Positions 40,328-51,462 are shown, numbered from the stretch's first letter. The stretch: 64,000 nucleotides of DNA from an uncultured Thermoleophilia bacterium (GCA_963791345.1 CAWBRS010000002.1:112037-176036); one strand, 5' to 3'. Program-made: numbers and translations. The notes: generated from the letters alone by a model not told the origin.

Positions 40328-41980
40328 ATGATCACGGTGCAGGACATCCTCGAGATCCCCGACCTGAACCTGCGGCTGCTCGCCGGCGGCAAGTCGACGA
40401 GCAACCCGGTGCGCTGGGTCCACATCACCGAGGTGCCCGACCCGACGCGCTGGCTCCGCGGCGGCGAGCTGCTGCTGACCACGGGCTACGGCTTCGTCGG
40501 CCCCGAGGACCGGCAGCTCGCCCAGCTCAAGCAGCTGATCGACCACAACATCTCGGGGCTCGGCTTCGGCACCGGCTTCAGCTTCGAGAAGGTCCCGGAG
40601 TGCCTCGTGCGGCTGGCCGACGAGTACGGCTTCCCGCTCTTCGAGGTGCCCTACCACGTGCCGTTCATCGCCATCACCGAGGCGGTGGCCTCGAAGATCG
40701 TCAACGAGCAGTACGCACTCCTCCAGCGCAGCCTCGCGGTGCACGAGAAGCTCACCAAGATCGTGCTCGAGGAGAAGGGCCTCGAGGCGATCCTCTCGAC
40801 GCTCTCGGCCCTCGTCGGCTGCTGTGCCGTGCTCTTCGACTTCCACGGTGTGGTGCTCGGCGAGGCCGCCTACCGGCGGCACCTCGGCGCCGAGGTGGTC
40901 ACCGACCTCTGGCGGCACATCTCCGACCACCGCGCCGACCGCCAGGACTTCCGGCTCGCCGTCGACGGCGTCGGCGCGGGGGTGCAGGTCTACCCCGTCG
41001 TCGCCTCGCATCGCATCGGCGCCTTCCTCGCCGTGGTCAAGGACTCGGGCGACTTCTCGGACTACGACCGCATCATCCTGCACCATGTGGTCACCGTGAC
41101 CGCCCTCGAGCTGGTCAAGAAGAAAGCGGTCGCCGAGACCGAGAAGCGGCTCGCCGGCGACTTCTTCGACGAGCTCATCGCCAGCGACCTCTACGAAGAG
41201 GAGATCGCTCGCCGGCTCGTCTTCTTCGGCCTGGACCCTGAGGCCGAGCACCTGATCCTCCTGGTCGACATCGACGGGCTCCCGGCCGCGGGCGACGGCG
41301 AGCGCGAGCGGGGGGCGCTGCAGGACGTCAAGGAGCGCCTGCACTGGGCGGTCGACGAGTTCATGGCCAGGCGCGAGCTGCTCTTCATCTCGGCCTCGCG
41401 CAGCGACTCGGTCGTCGTCCTCGTGCAGCCCGCCCGCGCCGAGGGCGGCGAGATCCTGGCGATGGCCGGGGAGCTGCAGGCGACGATCGACCGCATGCTG
41501 CCCGACATCACCGTGTCCATCGGCATCGGGCGCCCGCACCGCCCCCTGGTCGACCTGCGGCAGAGCTTCTACGAAGCGCACTACGCGATCAAGATCCGCC
41601 GCCTCAAGGAGACCGGGAGGGTCATCGCCAGCTTCGACGACCTGGGCTCGTACGGTCTGCTGCTCGGCCTGCAGGACACGCTGTCGCTCGAGGTCTTCTA
41701 CGACAGCGTCCTCGGCCGGCTCCAGGAATACGATCGGCAGAACTCGAGCGACCTCGTCAAGAGCGTCGCCTGCTTCCTCGAGGCGAACGGCCATTGGGGT
41801 GACGCCGCCGAGAAGCTGTATGTGCACCGCCACACCCTTCGCTACCGGATGAAGCGCGTGGAGGAGATCACCGGCCGCAGCCTCGACGACTCTCAGGACC
41901 GCATGGAGTTCTGGCTCGCGCTGAAGGCCAGGGACCTCATCGAGCAGTCGCGCAAGGGCACGGTCCCGCCGCAGTCCTGA
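40328..41980 (+). CDS. PucR/CdaR-family transcriptional regulator
   Basis: 550 aa; N-terminal PucR-type ligand domain (MITVQDILEIPDLNLRLLAGG...), GGDEF-like middle region, C-terminal HTH (LYVHRHTLRYRMKRVEEITG). Confidence 0.8.
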   Translation: MITVQDILEIPDLNLRLLAGGKSTSNPVRWVHITEVPDPTRWLRGGELLLTTGYGFVGPEDRQLAQLKQLIDHNISGLGFGTGFSFEKVPECLVRLADEYGFPLFEVPYHVPFIAITEAVASKIVNEQYALLQRSLAVHEKLTKIVLEEKGLEAILSTLSALVGCCAVLFDFHGVVLGEAAYRRHLGAEVVTDLWRHISDHRADRQDFRLAVDGVGAGVQVYPVVASHRIGAFLAVVKDSGDFSDYDRIILHHVVTVTALELVKKKAVAETEKRLAGDFFDELIASDLYEEEIARRLVFFGLDPEAEHLILLVDIDGLPAAGDGERERGALQDVKERLHWAVDEFMARRELLFISASRSDSVVVLVQPARAEGGEILAMAGELQATIDRMLPDITVSIGIGRPHRPLVDLRQSFYEAHYAIKIRRLKETGRVIASFDDLGSYGLLLGLQDTLSLEVFYDSVLGRLQEYDRQNSSDLVKSVACFLEANGHWGDAAEKLYVHRHTLRYRMKRVEEITGRSLDDSQDRMEFWLALKARDLIEQSRKGTVPPQS

Positions 41981-42019
41981 CGCGCCGCCGGGGGATCGGC
42001 CGCGGCGCGGCGCGGTCGC

Positions 42020-42775
42020 CTACGACGTGACGAGCGCCCCCCCGTCGACGATCACGTTGACGCCCGTCACGGCGTCGTTCTCCAGGCAGAAGCGCACGCC
42101 GGCCGCGACCTGGGCGGGGGTGACGAGGCGCCCGCCGGCGCCGCGCGCCGCCGTCCGCAGGGCTGCGTCGCGGCGCTCGTCGTCGGGCAGGTCGACGGGC
42201 CCGGGGGCGACGCCGCAGACACGCACGCCGTCGGGCGCCCAGGCTCGCGCCAGCATCTTCACGAGGTGGATCTGGGCGGCCTTCGCCGCCCCGTGCGCGG
42301 CGAAGGCCGCCCACGCCTGGATGCCGAGGAGGTCGGTCACGGCGACGATCACGCCGCGCGTCGCCGCCGCGGTCTCGCCCGCCTCGCGCACCATCACGTC
42401 GCGCGCCGCGCAGGCGGTGAAGAAGAAGCCCCGGGCGACGACGTCGAACGAGGCGTCCCAGGCCGCGCCGTCGATCTCCTGCGGCGGCGTGGGCACGAAC
42501 GCGCCGCTGGCCGTGTAGAGGACGGCGTCGAGGCCGCCGAGCGCCGCGGCCGCCGCGGCGACGGCCGCGCGCGCGCCGTCGGCGGTCGACGTGTCGGCCG
42601 CCAGCGCGACGACCTGCGGCGGCCGCCCCAGAGCGGCAGCCGCGCGCTCGGCGTCGTCGGCATCTCGTGAGGTCAGGGCCACGCGGGCCCCGGCGACGAC
42701 CAGGTCGGCGGCGAGCGGTCGCCCGAGGCGCCGGGCGCCGCCGACCACGAGACAGCGGGCGCCGGGCAGTCTCAT
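42020..42775 (-). CDS. SDR-family short-chain dehydrogenase/reductase
   Basis: 251 aa from ATG (rev) 42773-42775: CLVVGGARRLGRPLA (TGxxxGxG-like), catalytic-region NAAK-like AHGAAKAA, C-terminal VNVIVDGG. Confidence 0.8.
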   Translation of the reverse strand: MRLPGARCLVVGGARRLGRPLAADLVVAGARVALTSRDADDAERAAAALGRPPQVVALAADTSTADGARAAVAAAAAALGGLDAVLYTASGAFVPTPPQEIDGAAWDASFDVVARGFFFTACAARDVMVREAGETAAATRGVIVAVTDLLGIQAWAAFAAHGAAKAAQIHLVKMLARAWAPDGVRVCGVAPGPVDLPDDERRDAALRTAARGAGGRLVTPAQVAAGVRFCLENDAVTGVNVIVDGGALVTS

Positions 42776-43866
42776 GCCGGCACCCCGTCGCCGGGCGCCG
42801 CGAACGGTCCCCCGGCGCGGCTCACGTTCTCGTCGGGCACGACGCCCTCGCCGGCGTCGCCGCCGGCGAGATGCTCGTAGAGGCAGGCGGCGATGCGCGC
42901 GATGACCTGCGGGGCGCGCGCCTGCGCCGCGTACGACAGCCCCTTGCAGAAGACCACCATGACGAGCGGCACGTTCTCGCGCGTGTACACGAGGGCGGCG
43001 TCGTTGCTCGTGCCGCTCACGCCGCCCGTCTTGTTCGCGATCAAGAGGTCCGGAGGAAGGCCGGCGGGGATCTTCTCGCGCGACTCCTGCCGGCTCATGA
43101 CCTCGAGCATGAGCCGGCAGGAGGGCGCCGACGCGCAGCGCCCCTCGGCGATCATGGCGAGCAGCTCCGCGACGGCGCGCGGCGTACCCTGGTTGTCGAG
43201 CGCCTGGTCGATCGTGAACCCGTCGTCGTAGTCGCGCTCGCCGTTGTAGCCCCAGCGCTGGTCGTACAGCCGCCGGAAGGCGGCGCCGTCGAGACCGGCG
43301 TTCTCCTCGAGCACGCGCCGCAGCGCGGCGGCGGTGGTGCCCGCCGCCTCGAGCTCGCGCCAGCGCGCGACCACGCCCACACCGTCGAGACCCTCCCAGT
43401 CGCTGCCCGCCCCACACCCCATGAGGAAGTACTCGCGGTCGGGCAGGGAGCAGTCGATGTCCCTCAGTCCGAGCGCCCTCAGGGCGGCGTTCACGCTCTC
43501 CAGGCCGAGCCTGCGCCAGAGCATGTCGGTGGCCGTGTTGTCGCTCAGGGTGATCATCAGGTAGAGCAGGTCGCGGACCGTCGGCGCGAGCCCGGGGTGA
43601 CAGTGGATGAGCGTGCTCCCCGGGCTCTTGTCGGTCTCGGCCAGCGTGAGGCGCTCGTCGAGACGGAGAGCCCCGCAGTCGACCTGTCGCATGACCTCGA
43701 CCATCACCGCGACCTTGAACACGCTCGCCAGAGGGAAGAGCTCGTCGGCGCCGTGCGCGACCGTGACGCCGGTGGCCAGGTTGCGGGCGCAGACGCCGAC
43801 GGTACCGGCGAGCCCGGCGCCGAGCTCATCGAGGCGGGCGGCGGTGCACTCTCGCGTTGGGTCCAT
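42772..43866 (-). CDS. class A beta-lactamase-like serine hydrolase
   Basis: SVFKV (SxxK), SDN loop (LSDNTATD), KTG triad (ANKTGGVSG); start MDPTRE... chosen; overlaps the SDR start by 4 nt. Confidence 0.75.
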   Translation of the reverse strand: MDPTRECTAARLDELGAGLAGTVGVCARNLATGVTVAHGADELFPLASVFKVAVMVEVMRQVDCGALRLDERLTLAETDKSPGSTLIHCHPGLAPTVRDLLYLMITLSDNTATDMLWRRLGLESVNAALRALGLRDIDCSLPDREYFLMGCGAGSDWEGLDGVGVVARWRELEAAGTTAAALRRVLEENAGLDGAAFRRLYDQRWGYNGERDYDDGFTIDQALDNQGTPRAVAELLAMIAEGRCASAPSCRLMLEVMSRQESREKIPAGLPPDLLIANKTGGVSGTSNDAALVYTRENVPLVMVVFCKGLSYAAQARAPQVIARIAACLYEHLAGGDAGEGVVPDENVSRAGGPFAAPGDGVPA

Positions 43867-43970
43867 CCCGGCGACTCCCTCGTTCGGCTGTGGTAAATAT
43901 AGAGCAGCCGCCCCGGCGGCAGCCATACGGCGCCGTGGGGCGTACCTCGAGCCGAGTCCGGAGGTGGGTC

Positions 43971-44468
43971 GTGGCACGCGACGTCGACGCGCTCGACAAG
44001 GGTCTCATCGCCGGCCTGATCGCGGACGGGAGGATGACGCTGTCCGGGCTCGCCCGGCGGACGGGGGTCTCACGCCCGACGACGACGGCGCGCCTGAGCG
44101 CGCTCACGCGCGACGGCGTCGTGCGCGTCGCCGGCGTCATCGACGCCTTCCGGGTGCCGGGCCTCACCGTCGCGCTCGTCGGGCTCACGGTGGACAAGCA
44201 CCGGCTGGACGAGAAGGTCGAGCAGATCGCCGACCTCCCCGAGGTCACGTGGGCCGCCGTCGTGACGGGCCGCTACGACATCCTGACCGAGGTCGTGACG
44301 GAGGACGGCGTCAACGGCCTCTACGACTTCCTCAACGTCTCACTGCGCGCGGTCGGAGGCATCAACGCCAGCGAGATGTTCGTGGTCATGAAGTCCCGGC
44401 GCCGCTGGATCGTCCCGCCCGCGTCACTGCGACGGACGTGGTCCGCGGGCGGGCCGGGGAGCGGATGA
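43971..44468 (+). CDS. lrp: Lrp/AsnC-family transcriptional regulator
   Basis: LDKGLIAGLIADGRMTLSGLARRTGVSRPTTTARL (HTH), then an RAM domain; sits immediately upstream of ald. Confidence 0.75.
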   Translation: MARDVDALDKGLIAGLIADGRMTLSGLARRTGVSRPTTTARLSALTRDGVVRVAGVIDAFRVPGLTVALVGLTVDKHRLDEKVEQIADLPEVTWAAVVTGRYDILTEVVTEDGVNGLYDFLNVSLRAVGGINASEMFVVMKSRRRWIVPPASLRRTWSAGGPGSG

Positions 44469-44649
44469 GGGCCGGTCAGCGGATGAGGGCCTGTGAGCGA
44501 GTCGGCTTTCCACTTCGTGCATTTGACACCCATCACGCTTGTCAAGTGAGGATGCCTTTGCCGGATTCCGTCGTTAGAATGGTAACCCGCACCGTGAGTG
44601 CCACCGTGCCCAAGCAGCCGTCATTCGGGAAGTGGAACGAGGAGGAACG

Positions 44650-45768
<1,119 letters not shown>

Positions 45769-45867
45769 GGCCTGCCGGCGCCGCCCGGTTGGACAAAGCG
45801 CTGGCCGCGAGGGCCAATCGGGTACGTCGGGGACAGTAGAGCGCCCGGGCGCAATCTGCCACAATGA

Positions 45868-45897
45868 GGCCGCGACCGGCCCAAGCCGGTCGCGGCC
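45868..45897 (+). terminator. 12-bp perfect stem-loop downstream of ald
   Basis: GGCCGCGACCGG-cccaag-CCGGTCGCGGCC followed by TTC. Confidence 0.5.
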
Positions 45898-46007
45898 TTC
45901 GACTGAAGGCTCCGGCGTGCGTGGGGGTGCGCCGCGTGCGCGTCGCGACGCGGCGTGGCGGCGACGCCCGACGCCGCGCACGAGTGTGCACGCCAAAGGA
46001 GCTGTGA

Positions 46008-47750
46008 ATGGGCGACCTCCTCCGCATCGACCTCACCACGGGAGCCACGCGCGAAGAGACCGTGCCTCCCGAAGTGATCCGCGAGCTCATCGGCGGCAAG
46101 GGCATCGGCACCCACTACCTCGGCCAGGAGGTCGCGCCCGACGTCGACCCCCTGAGCCCGCAGGCGAAGCTCATCTTCGTCGCAGGGCCCATGGCGGGCA
46201 CCTCGATGCTGGGCAGCAATCGCTACGCGGTCTACTTCGCCTCGCCGCTCACGAACGCCTACTGCGAGGCCTACTCCGGCGGCAACCTCGCCCCGCAGTT
46301 CGCGCGCACGGGGTACAAGGTCGTCATCGTCGAGGGCAAGGCCGACGCGCCCGTGTATCTCGAGATCAGCGAGGCCGGGGCCCAGGTCCACAGCGCCGCC
46401 GACCTCTGGGGGCTCGACGCGTTCGAGGCCGAGGACAAGCTCCTCGAGCGCACGGCGCACAAGAAGGCCCAGGCCTGCGTCATCGGCCAGGCGGGTGAGA
46501 ACCTCGTGCGCTTCGCCTGCGTCAACAACAACAAGTGGCACCAGCTCGGTCGCGGCGGCCCGGGCGCCGTCTTCGGCAGCAAGAACCTCAAGGGCATCGT
46601 CTGGCACGGCGACGAGAAGGTCGAGGTCGCACGGCCCGACGAGTTCAAGGCCGTGATCCGCGACATCGTCGAGCGCACCAAGGGCGACCCGGGCGTCGCC
46701 GCCTACCAGCGCGGCGGCACCATGAACATGGTCCGCATCATGAACGGCGCCAACGCCTTCCCGACGCGCTACTGGCGCAAGGGCACGGTCGACGGTTTCG
46801 AGAAGATCACCGTCGAGGCCATGCTCGAGAACCACGGCACCAAGAACGAGGTCTGCCCGCCGTGCGTCATGAAGTGCGTCAAGCACAACTTCGTCTTCGA
46901 GGGCCGGCACAAGGGCCTCGAGTGCGAGGGCCCCGAGTACGAGACGGCGTACGTGTTCGGCGGGCTCTGCGAGATCGTCGACCTCGCCGAGATCATGTGG
47001 CTCAACGACCTCTGCGACCGCTGGGGCGTCGACTCGATGAGCGCCGGCAACCTCTGCGCCCTGGCGATCGAGGCGTCGCAGCGCGGCCTCATCGACGAGA
47101 AGATGGACTTCGGCGACCCCGACTGCGTCGCCGAGTTCCTGCGCAAGATGTGTTTCCGCGAGGGCATCGGCGACATCTGGGCCGATGGCGTCCTGCGGGT
47201 CGAGAAGGAGCACGGGCTCGAGGGCATCGCCGTGCACGTCAAGGGCATGGAGCCGGCCGGCTACGACCCGCGCGTCATGAAGGGCATGGGGCTCGGCTTC
47301 GCCACGACGGCGCGCGGCGCCTGCCACCTGCGGGCGACGATGTACAAGCCCGAGCTCATGGGCCTCGTCGACAAGCGCGCCTGGGAGGACAAGGCGGCGG
47401 TCTACTGCGACTGGGAGGACCGCCTCACGATCATGGACTGCCTGATCTACTGCCGCTTCTACCGCGACCTCGTCCAGTGGCCGTACATCACGCAGGTGGT
47501 CAACGCGGCCGTCGGCACCGACTACGGTGAAGCTGACCTCAAGCGCGTGGCCAACCGCATCCTCACCATGACCCACGAGTTCAACGCCGCACGCGGCATC
47601 GGTCGCGAGTCGGAGCGTCTGCCGGACTGGGTCACCGAGAAGCCGATGGAGGACGAGGGCGCCTTCGTGTTCCCGCAGAGCGAGATGGTCGGCATGCTCA
47701 CCGACTACTACCGCATCCGCGGTTGGGGCGAGCTGCCCGCGCTGGCGTAG
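46008..47750 (+). CDS. aor: aldehyde:ferredoxin oxidoreductase (tungstopterin AOR family)
   Basis: 580 aa; N-terminal AOR_N (LRIDLTTG...GGKGIG), 4Fe-4S Cys ligands (CPPCVMKC...), pterin-binding ...ARGACHLRATMY, CxxC later; intact. Confidence 0.9.
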   Translation: MGDLLRIDLTTGATREETVPPEVIRELIGGKGIGTHYLGQEVAPDVDPLSPQAKLIFVAGPMAGTSMLGSNRYAVYFASPLTNAYCEAYSGGNLAPQFARTGYKVVIVEGKADAPVYLEISEAGAQVHSAADLWGLDAFEAEDKLLERTAHKKAQACVIGQAGENLVRFACVNNNKWHQLGRGGPGAVFGSKNLKGIVWHGDEKVEVARPDEFKAVIRDIVERTKGDPGVAAYQRGGTMNMVRIMNGANAFPTRYWRKGTVDGFEKITVEAMLENHGTKNEVCPPCVMKCVKHNFVFEGRHKGLECEGPEYETAYVFGGLCEIVDLAEIMWLNDLCDRWGVDSMSAGNLCALAIEASQRGLIDEKMDFGDPDCVAEFLRKMCFREGIGDIWADGVLRVEKEHGLEGIAVHVKGMEPAGYDPRVMKGMGLGFATTARGACHLRATMYKPELMGLVDKRAWEDKAAVYCDWEDRLTIMDCLIYCRFYRDLVQWPYITQVVNAAVGTDYGEADLKRVANRILTMTHEFNAARGIGRESERLPDWVTEKPMEDEGAFVFPQSEMVGMLTDYYRIRGWGELPALA

Positions 47751-47780
47751 TCGGCGGGCAGAGCGCGCAGGCGGGAGAGA

Positions 47781-47826
47781 CGACGGCGGGGCGCGGCCGC
47801 TCGAGAGCGGCCGCGCCCCGCCGTCG
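47781..47826. terminator. 19-bp perfect inverted repeat between convergent aor and the downstream minus-strand gene (bidirectional-terminator-like)
   Basis: CGACGGCGGGGCGCGGCCG-ctcgaga-CGGCCGCGCCCCGCCGTCG. Confidence 0.5.
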
Positions 47827-47896
47827 TCGCGCGTGCCGGGGACCTCGCCGTGCGTCCGGGGCCGCCGCCTCACGGCCGGGTCGCGCCGCCGCGCGC

Positions 47897-48229
47897 CTAA
47901 CTCCGCCGGCCGCTCAGGTAGTCGCGCACGCGCCGGTAGGGCGCGAAGCCGCCGTTCAGGGCCTGCGTGAGGATCTGGAGCCGGGCCACGCTCTCCTGCA
48001 GGCGGGCGGTGCTGGCGGTGAGTGTCGCGGCATCGGCCTCGAGCTGGGCCGTGCGCTGCTCGATGCTGCGCCCGGCGGCGTCGAGCCGCGCGACGTGCGG
48101 GGCCATCGACCGCGAGAGGGCGAGCCCCCGGCGGAAGAGGCGGTAGCCGCGCACGCAGAGGTAGGCGAAAGCGCCGACGACGACGGCGAGGCTCGCCAAG
48201 CCGAAGATGAGAAGCGTCCAGCCGTCCAT
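47897..48229 (-). CDS. small membrane-anchored coiled-coil protein (DUF948-like)
   Basis: 110 aa; N-terminal TM segment (WTLLIFGLASLAVVVGAFAYL), then a heptad-like coiled coil (AQLEADAATLTASTARLQESVARLQILTQAL). Confidence 0.45.
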   Translation of the reverse strand: MDGWTLLIFGLASLAVVVGAFAYLCVRGYRLFRRGLALSRSMAPHVARLDAAGRSIEQRTAQLEADAATLTASTARLQESVARLQILTQALNGGFAPYRRVRDYLSGRRS

Positions 48230-48388
48230 GCGGCTAGTCTACCGCGTGCGGCCGGTCCGTCGACAGGGCCCGTCTCCGCCGCTTCGGCCGGGATGCTGGA
48301 CGGGCCGTGGTCGGCGCCGGCCGGGATCTTGCCGGCGCCGGGCCCGTGACGGGTCGGCGCCGCCCGCCGCCGGGGACCGGCGCGACGT

Positions 48389-49522
48389 CTACGGCAGGCG
48401 CGGCGAGTAGCGGCAGGCGAGGCTGCAGCCGCGCCCCTCGAGGACGCTGACGACCACTCCGTAATCGCGGCCGCGTGCTTCGACGAAGAGGCCGCGGCCG
48501 ATGTACATGCCGACGTGGTGGTAGAAGGCCGGCGTGCCGAAGAAGACGAGGTCGCCCGGCTGCAGACCGGAGAGCGGCACGGGGTGCCCCATGCGCGCCT
48601 GCAGCGTCGCGCCGTGGGGCATCTCGACCCCGTGCTTGGCGTAGACGTACATCGCGAGCCCGGAGCAGTCGAAGCCGACGTCGGGGTCGGCGCCGCCCCA
48701 GACGTACGGCTTGCCCACCCAGCGCAGCGCCTCGCGTACCAGGGAGAGCTGAACGGGGGTGCCCTTGAGCGAGTCGAGATCGACGCCGGCCTGGGCGGCG
48801 AGACGGCGGGCCTCGGCCGCGGCGCGGCGTGCCTCACGCTCGAGGATCTTCTTGATGCGGCCGTCGAGGTCACGCAGGACGGCCTCGCGCCGGGCGAGCT
48901 CGTCCTCGACCATGGCGCGCTCCTCCTCGAGGCGCCCCTCGGTCGCCTGCGCCGCCTGGCGGCGGGACTCGAAGCGGACCTCGAGCTCCTCCGCCTCCCT
49001 GGCGAGCCCTTCGATCGTCGTGACGACGTCGCCGTCGGCGGCGGTGATCAGGCGGTAGAACTCGAGCTGGCGCTGCATCTCGGTGAGGTCGGCGGCGCCG
49101 AAGACGATGTCGAGCAGTCCGAGCTCGCCGCCCTTGTACATGGCGCGGGTACGCGAGGCGAGGAGGTCGCGGGCCAGGTCGAGCCTGGTCTCGACGAGCG
49201 CGAGCTGGCTGCGGATGTCCATGAGCTCGATGGTGAGCTCGTCGAGAGCGGCCGCCGCCTGGTCGTAGCGCTCCACGGCCACCGCGACGCGATGGTCGAG
49301 GCGCGCGATCTCGGCACGCACGCGGCGCGCCTCGGCGCGCAGCTCGGGGACGGTCTCGGGGGCGGAGCCGAACGAGAGCGACGGCGGGGCGGCGGCGGCG
49401 GGGCCGGCGGTGAACGCCGCGAGCGCCGGCCCGCCGAGGACGACGGCGAGCGCGGCGAGGCACGCCGCGGCCCACGCCGCGGCGCGCCTCGCCGTCCTCG
49501 CTGCTGAGCACCGAAGGGACAT
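48389..49522 (-). CDS. NlpC/P60 (C40) peptidoglycan endopeptidase with N-terminal signal peptide and long coiled-coil region (RipA-like)
   Basis: C-terminal GKPYVWGGADPDVGFDCSGLAMYVY...HVGMYIG (Cys-His catalytic motif); N-terminal AAWAAACLAALAVVLGGPALA signal. Confidence 0.8.
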   Translation of the reverse strand: MSLRCSAARTARRAAAWAAACLAALAVVLGGPALAAFTAGPAAAAPPSLSFGSAPETVPELRAEARRVRAEIARLDHRVAVAVERYDQAAAALDELTIELMDIRSQLALVETRLDLARDLLASRTRAMYKGGELGLLDIVFGAADLTEMQRQLEFYRLITAADGDVVTTIEGLAREAEELEVRFESRRQAAQATEGRLEEERAMVEDELARREAVLRDLDGRIKKILEREARRAAAEARRLAAQAGVDLDSLKGTPVQLSLVREALRWVGKPYVWGGADPDVGFDCSGLAMYVYAKHGVEMPHGATLQARMGHPVPLSGLQPGDLVFFGTPAFYHHVGMYIGRGLFVEARGRDYGVVVSVLEGRGCSLACRYSPRLP

Positions 49523-49621
49523 CGTCGCTGACTCTATCGGCGGGCTCGGCGAAACGATGAGGCTCGCCCGGGAGCGGCCTTTACAATCGCGCGGTCCCGG
49601 GTGTACAATTCCTGACCGCGT

Positions 49622-49698
<77 letters not shown>

Positions 49699-49705
49699 AG
49701 CCTTC

Positions 49706-49736
49706 CGGGGCGCCCGTTCGGGCGCCCTTCCTTTTG
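49706..49736 (+). terminator. intrinsic terminator after the tRNA gene
   Basis: GGGCGCCCG-tt-CGGGCGCCC followed by TTCCTTTTG. Confidence 0.6.
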
Positions 49737-49964
49737 CCGGTCGGCCGGCCGGTGCGCGCCGGCGCCGGGCCTTCGCCGCGGACGGCCCTCTGCTATGCTC
49801 GCCGGGTGGAGGTGGACGTGAGCCCGCGAGGCACGGCTCGGGAGGTGGCATGTCGACACTGCTGGTGGTGAACGGGGCGCCGTACGGGAGCGAGGCTCCC
49901 TACAACGCCTTCCGCCTGGCCGAAGCCGTCGCGCGCTGCAGGGCCCACCTCTCGTTCTGAGACC

Positions 49965-51462
49965 GTGAGCGACGATCGCGGCCAGGCACGAGCGTTGGGG
50001 CCAGGCCAGGCGCGGGCCTTCGAGCGGCGCGTCGGCGAGTTCGTCGCCGCGCGCGGCGTGCTGCTCCCGGGCGAGCGGCCGCTCCTTCTGCTCTCGGGCG
50101 GGCCCGACTCGATGTGCCTCCTCCATCTGCTGCCGGTCATCGACCGGCGGCTCAGTCTCGGGTTGCGGGCCGCCGCGCTGCACGTGGACTACGGCCTGCG
50201 CGGCGCCGCCTCCGACCGCGACCGCGAGCTGGTCGAGGAGGCCTGCGCGGCGGCCGGACTGGCGCTGCACGTCGAGCGGCTCGAAGGCTCGTTGCGGGGT
50301 CCCGACTTCCAGGCGCGGGCGCGGGCCCAGCGCTACGGTCTGGCGCGCGAGCTGGCGCGGCGGTTCGGCTACGCCCCGCTGGTGACGGCCCACAACCGCG
50401 ACGACCAGGCCGAGACGGTCCTCTACCGGCTGGCCAAGTACGCTTCGCCGCTCGGCCTCGCCGGGATGCGGGCGCGAGAGGACGACGTCGCGCGCCCGCT
50501 GCTCGGCGCCGGCGCCGCCGAGATCAGGGCCTACTGCGCGGCGCAAGGCGTCGCCTACGGTCTCGACGCGTCGAATCTCGAGCCCGTCTACGCACGCAAC
50601 GCGATCCGCCTCGAGGTGCTGCCGGCGCTCGCGCGCCTGAACCCGCGGGTCGGCGAGACCCTGGCCGACGCCGCGAGCATCGCCGCCGCCGAAGGCGAGG
50701 TCGTCGCGGCCGCGCTCGACGCGGCGTGGGAGCGCGTGGCGGCGACCCCGGGGCGAGACGAGCTCGCCGCCCTCGACGTCGCCGCCCTCGCCGCCGAGCC
50801 GCCGGCGCTTCGTGCCCTCTGCCTGCGCCGCTTGGCGGCGGCCGGCCTCCCGGCCGACGCCCTCGTCACGCGCCGCCAGGTGGCGGCGCTCGAGGGGCTC
50901 GCCGGCCGCGAAGCCGGCGCCGGCCGCGCGGCGCTGAGGGGCGGGCGCGAAGCCGTCCGCGAGAGAGGCCGCCTGGCGGTGCGACACCGTGTGGAGGCCC
51001 ACACGTGCGCGCCGCTCGAGGTCGTGACGCTCGGGCGCGGAGCCGCCGCCTGCCGCGGCGGCGTTCTGCCGCTGGCAGGTCCGCGCGACCCTGTCGCCGG
51101 GGGCGCACCCGCCGGAGCCGCACCCGGCGGGCGCGCCCACCGCCGGCGCCGGGCGCGACGAGCGGCGCGTGAGCCTGGGCTTCGCCGCGCCGCCCGGCGC
51201 GGTCGTCCTGCGGCACCCGCGGCGCGGCGAGCGCTTCACGCCTTTCGGCCGCACCGCGTCGACCACGGTGGCGCGCTTCCTGGCCGCCGCCGGCTGTGCG
51301 CGGGACGAGCGCCGCCTGGCGCTCGTCGTCGAGGTCGACGACGTCGCGGCCGCCGTGGTCTTCGTCGACCGCGGCGGCGCCGTGCGCAGCAGGGTTGCGC
51401 AGGAGCGAAGGGTGACACAGAGTACGGAGTGGACATTGAGCGTCGCACTGGAGGAGCAGTGA
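49965..51462 (+). CDS. tilS: tRNA(Ile)-lysidine synthetase; one frameshift near 51130-51170
   Basis: PP-loop LLLLSGGPDSMCLL, ...RDDQAETVLYRL; the C-terminal TilS domain (...VLRHPRRGERFTPFGRTASTTVARFL...) is in ORF 51169..51462 in another frame. Confidence 0.8.
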
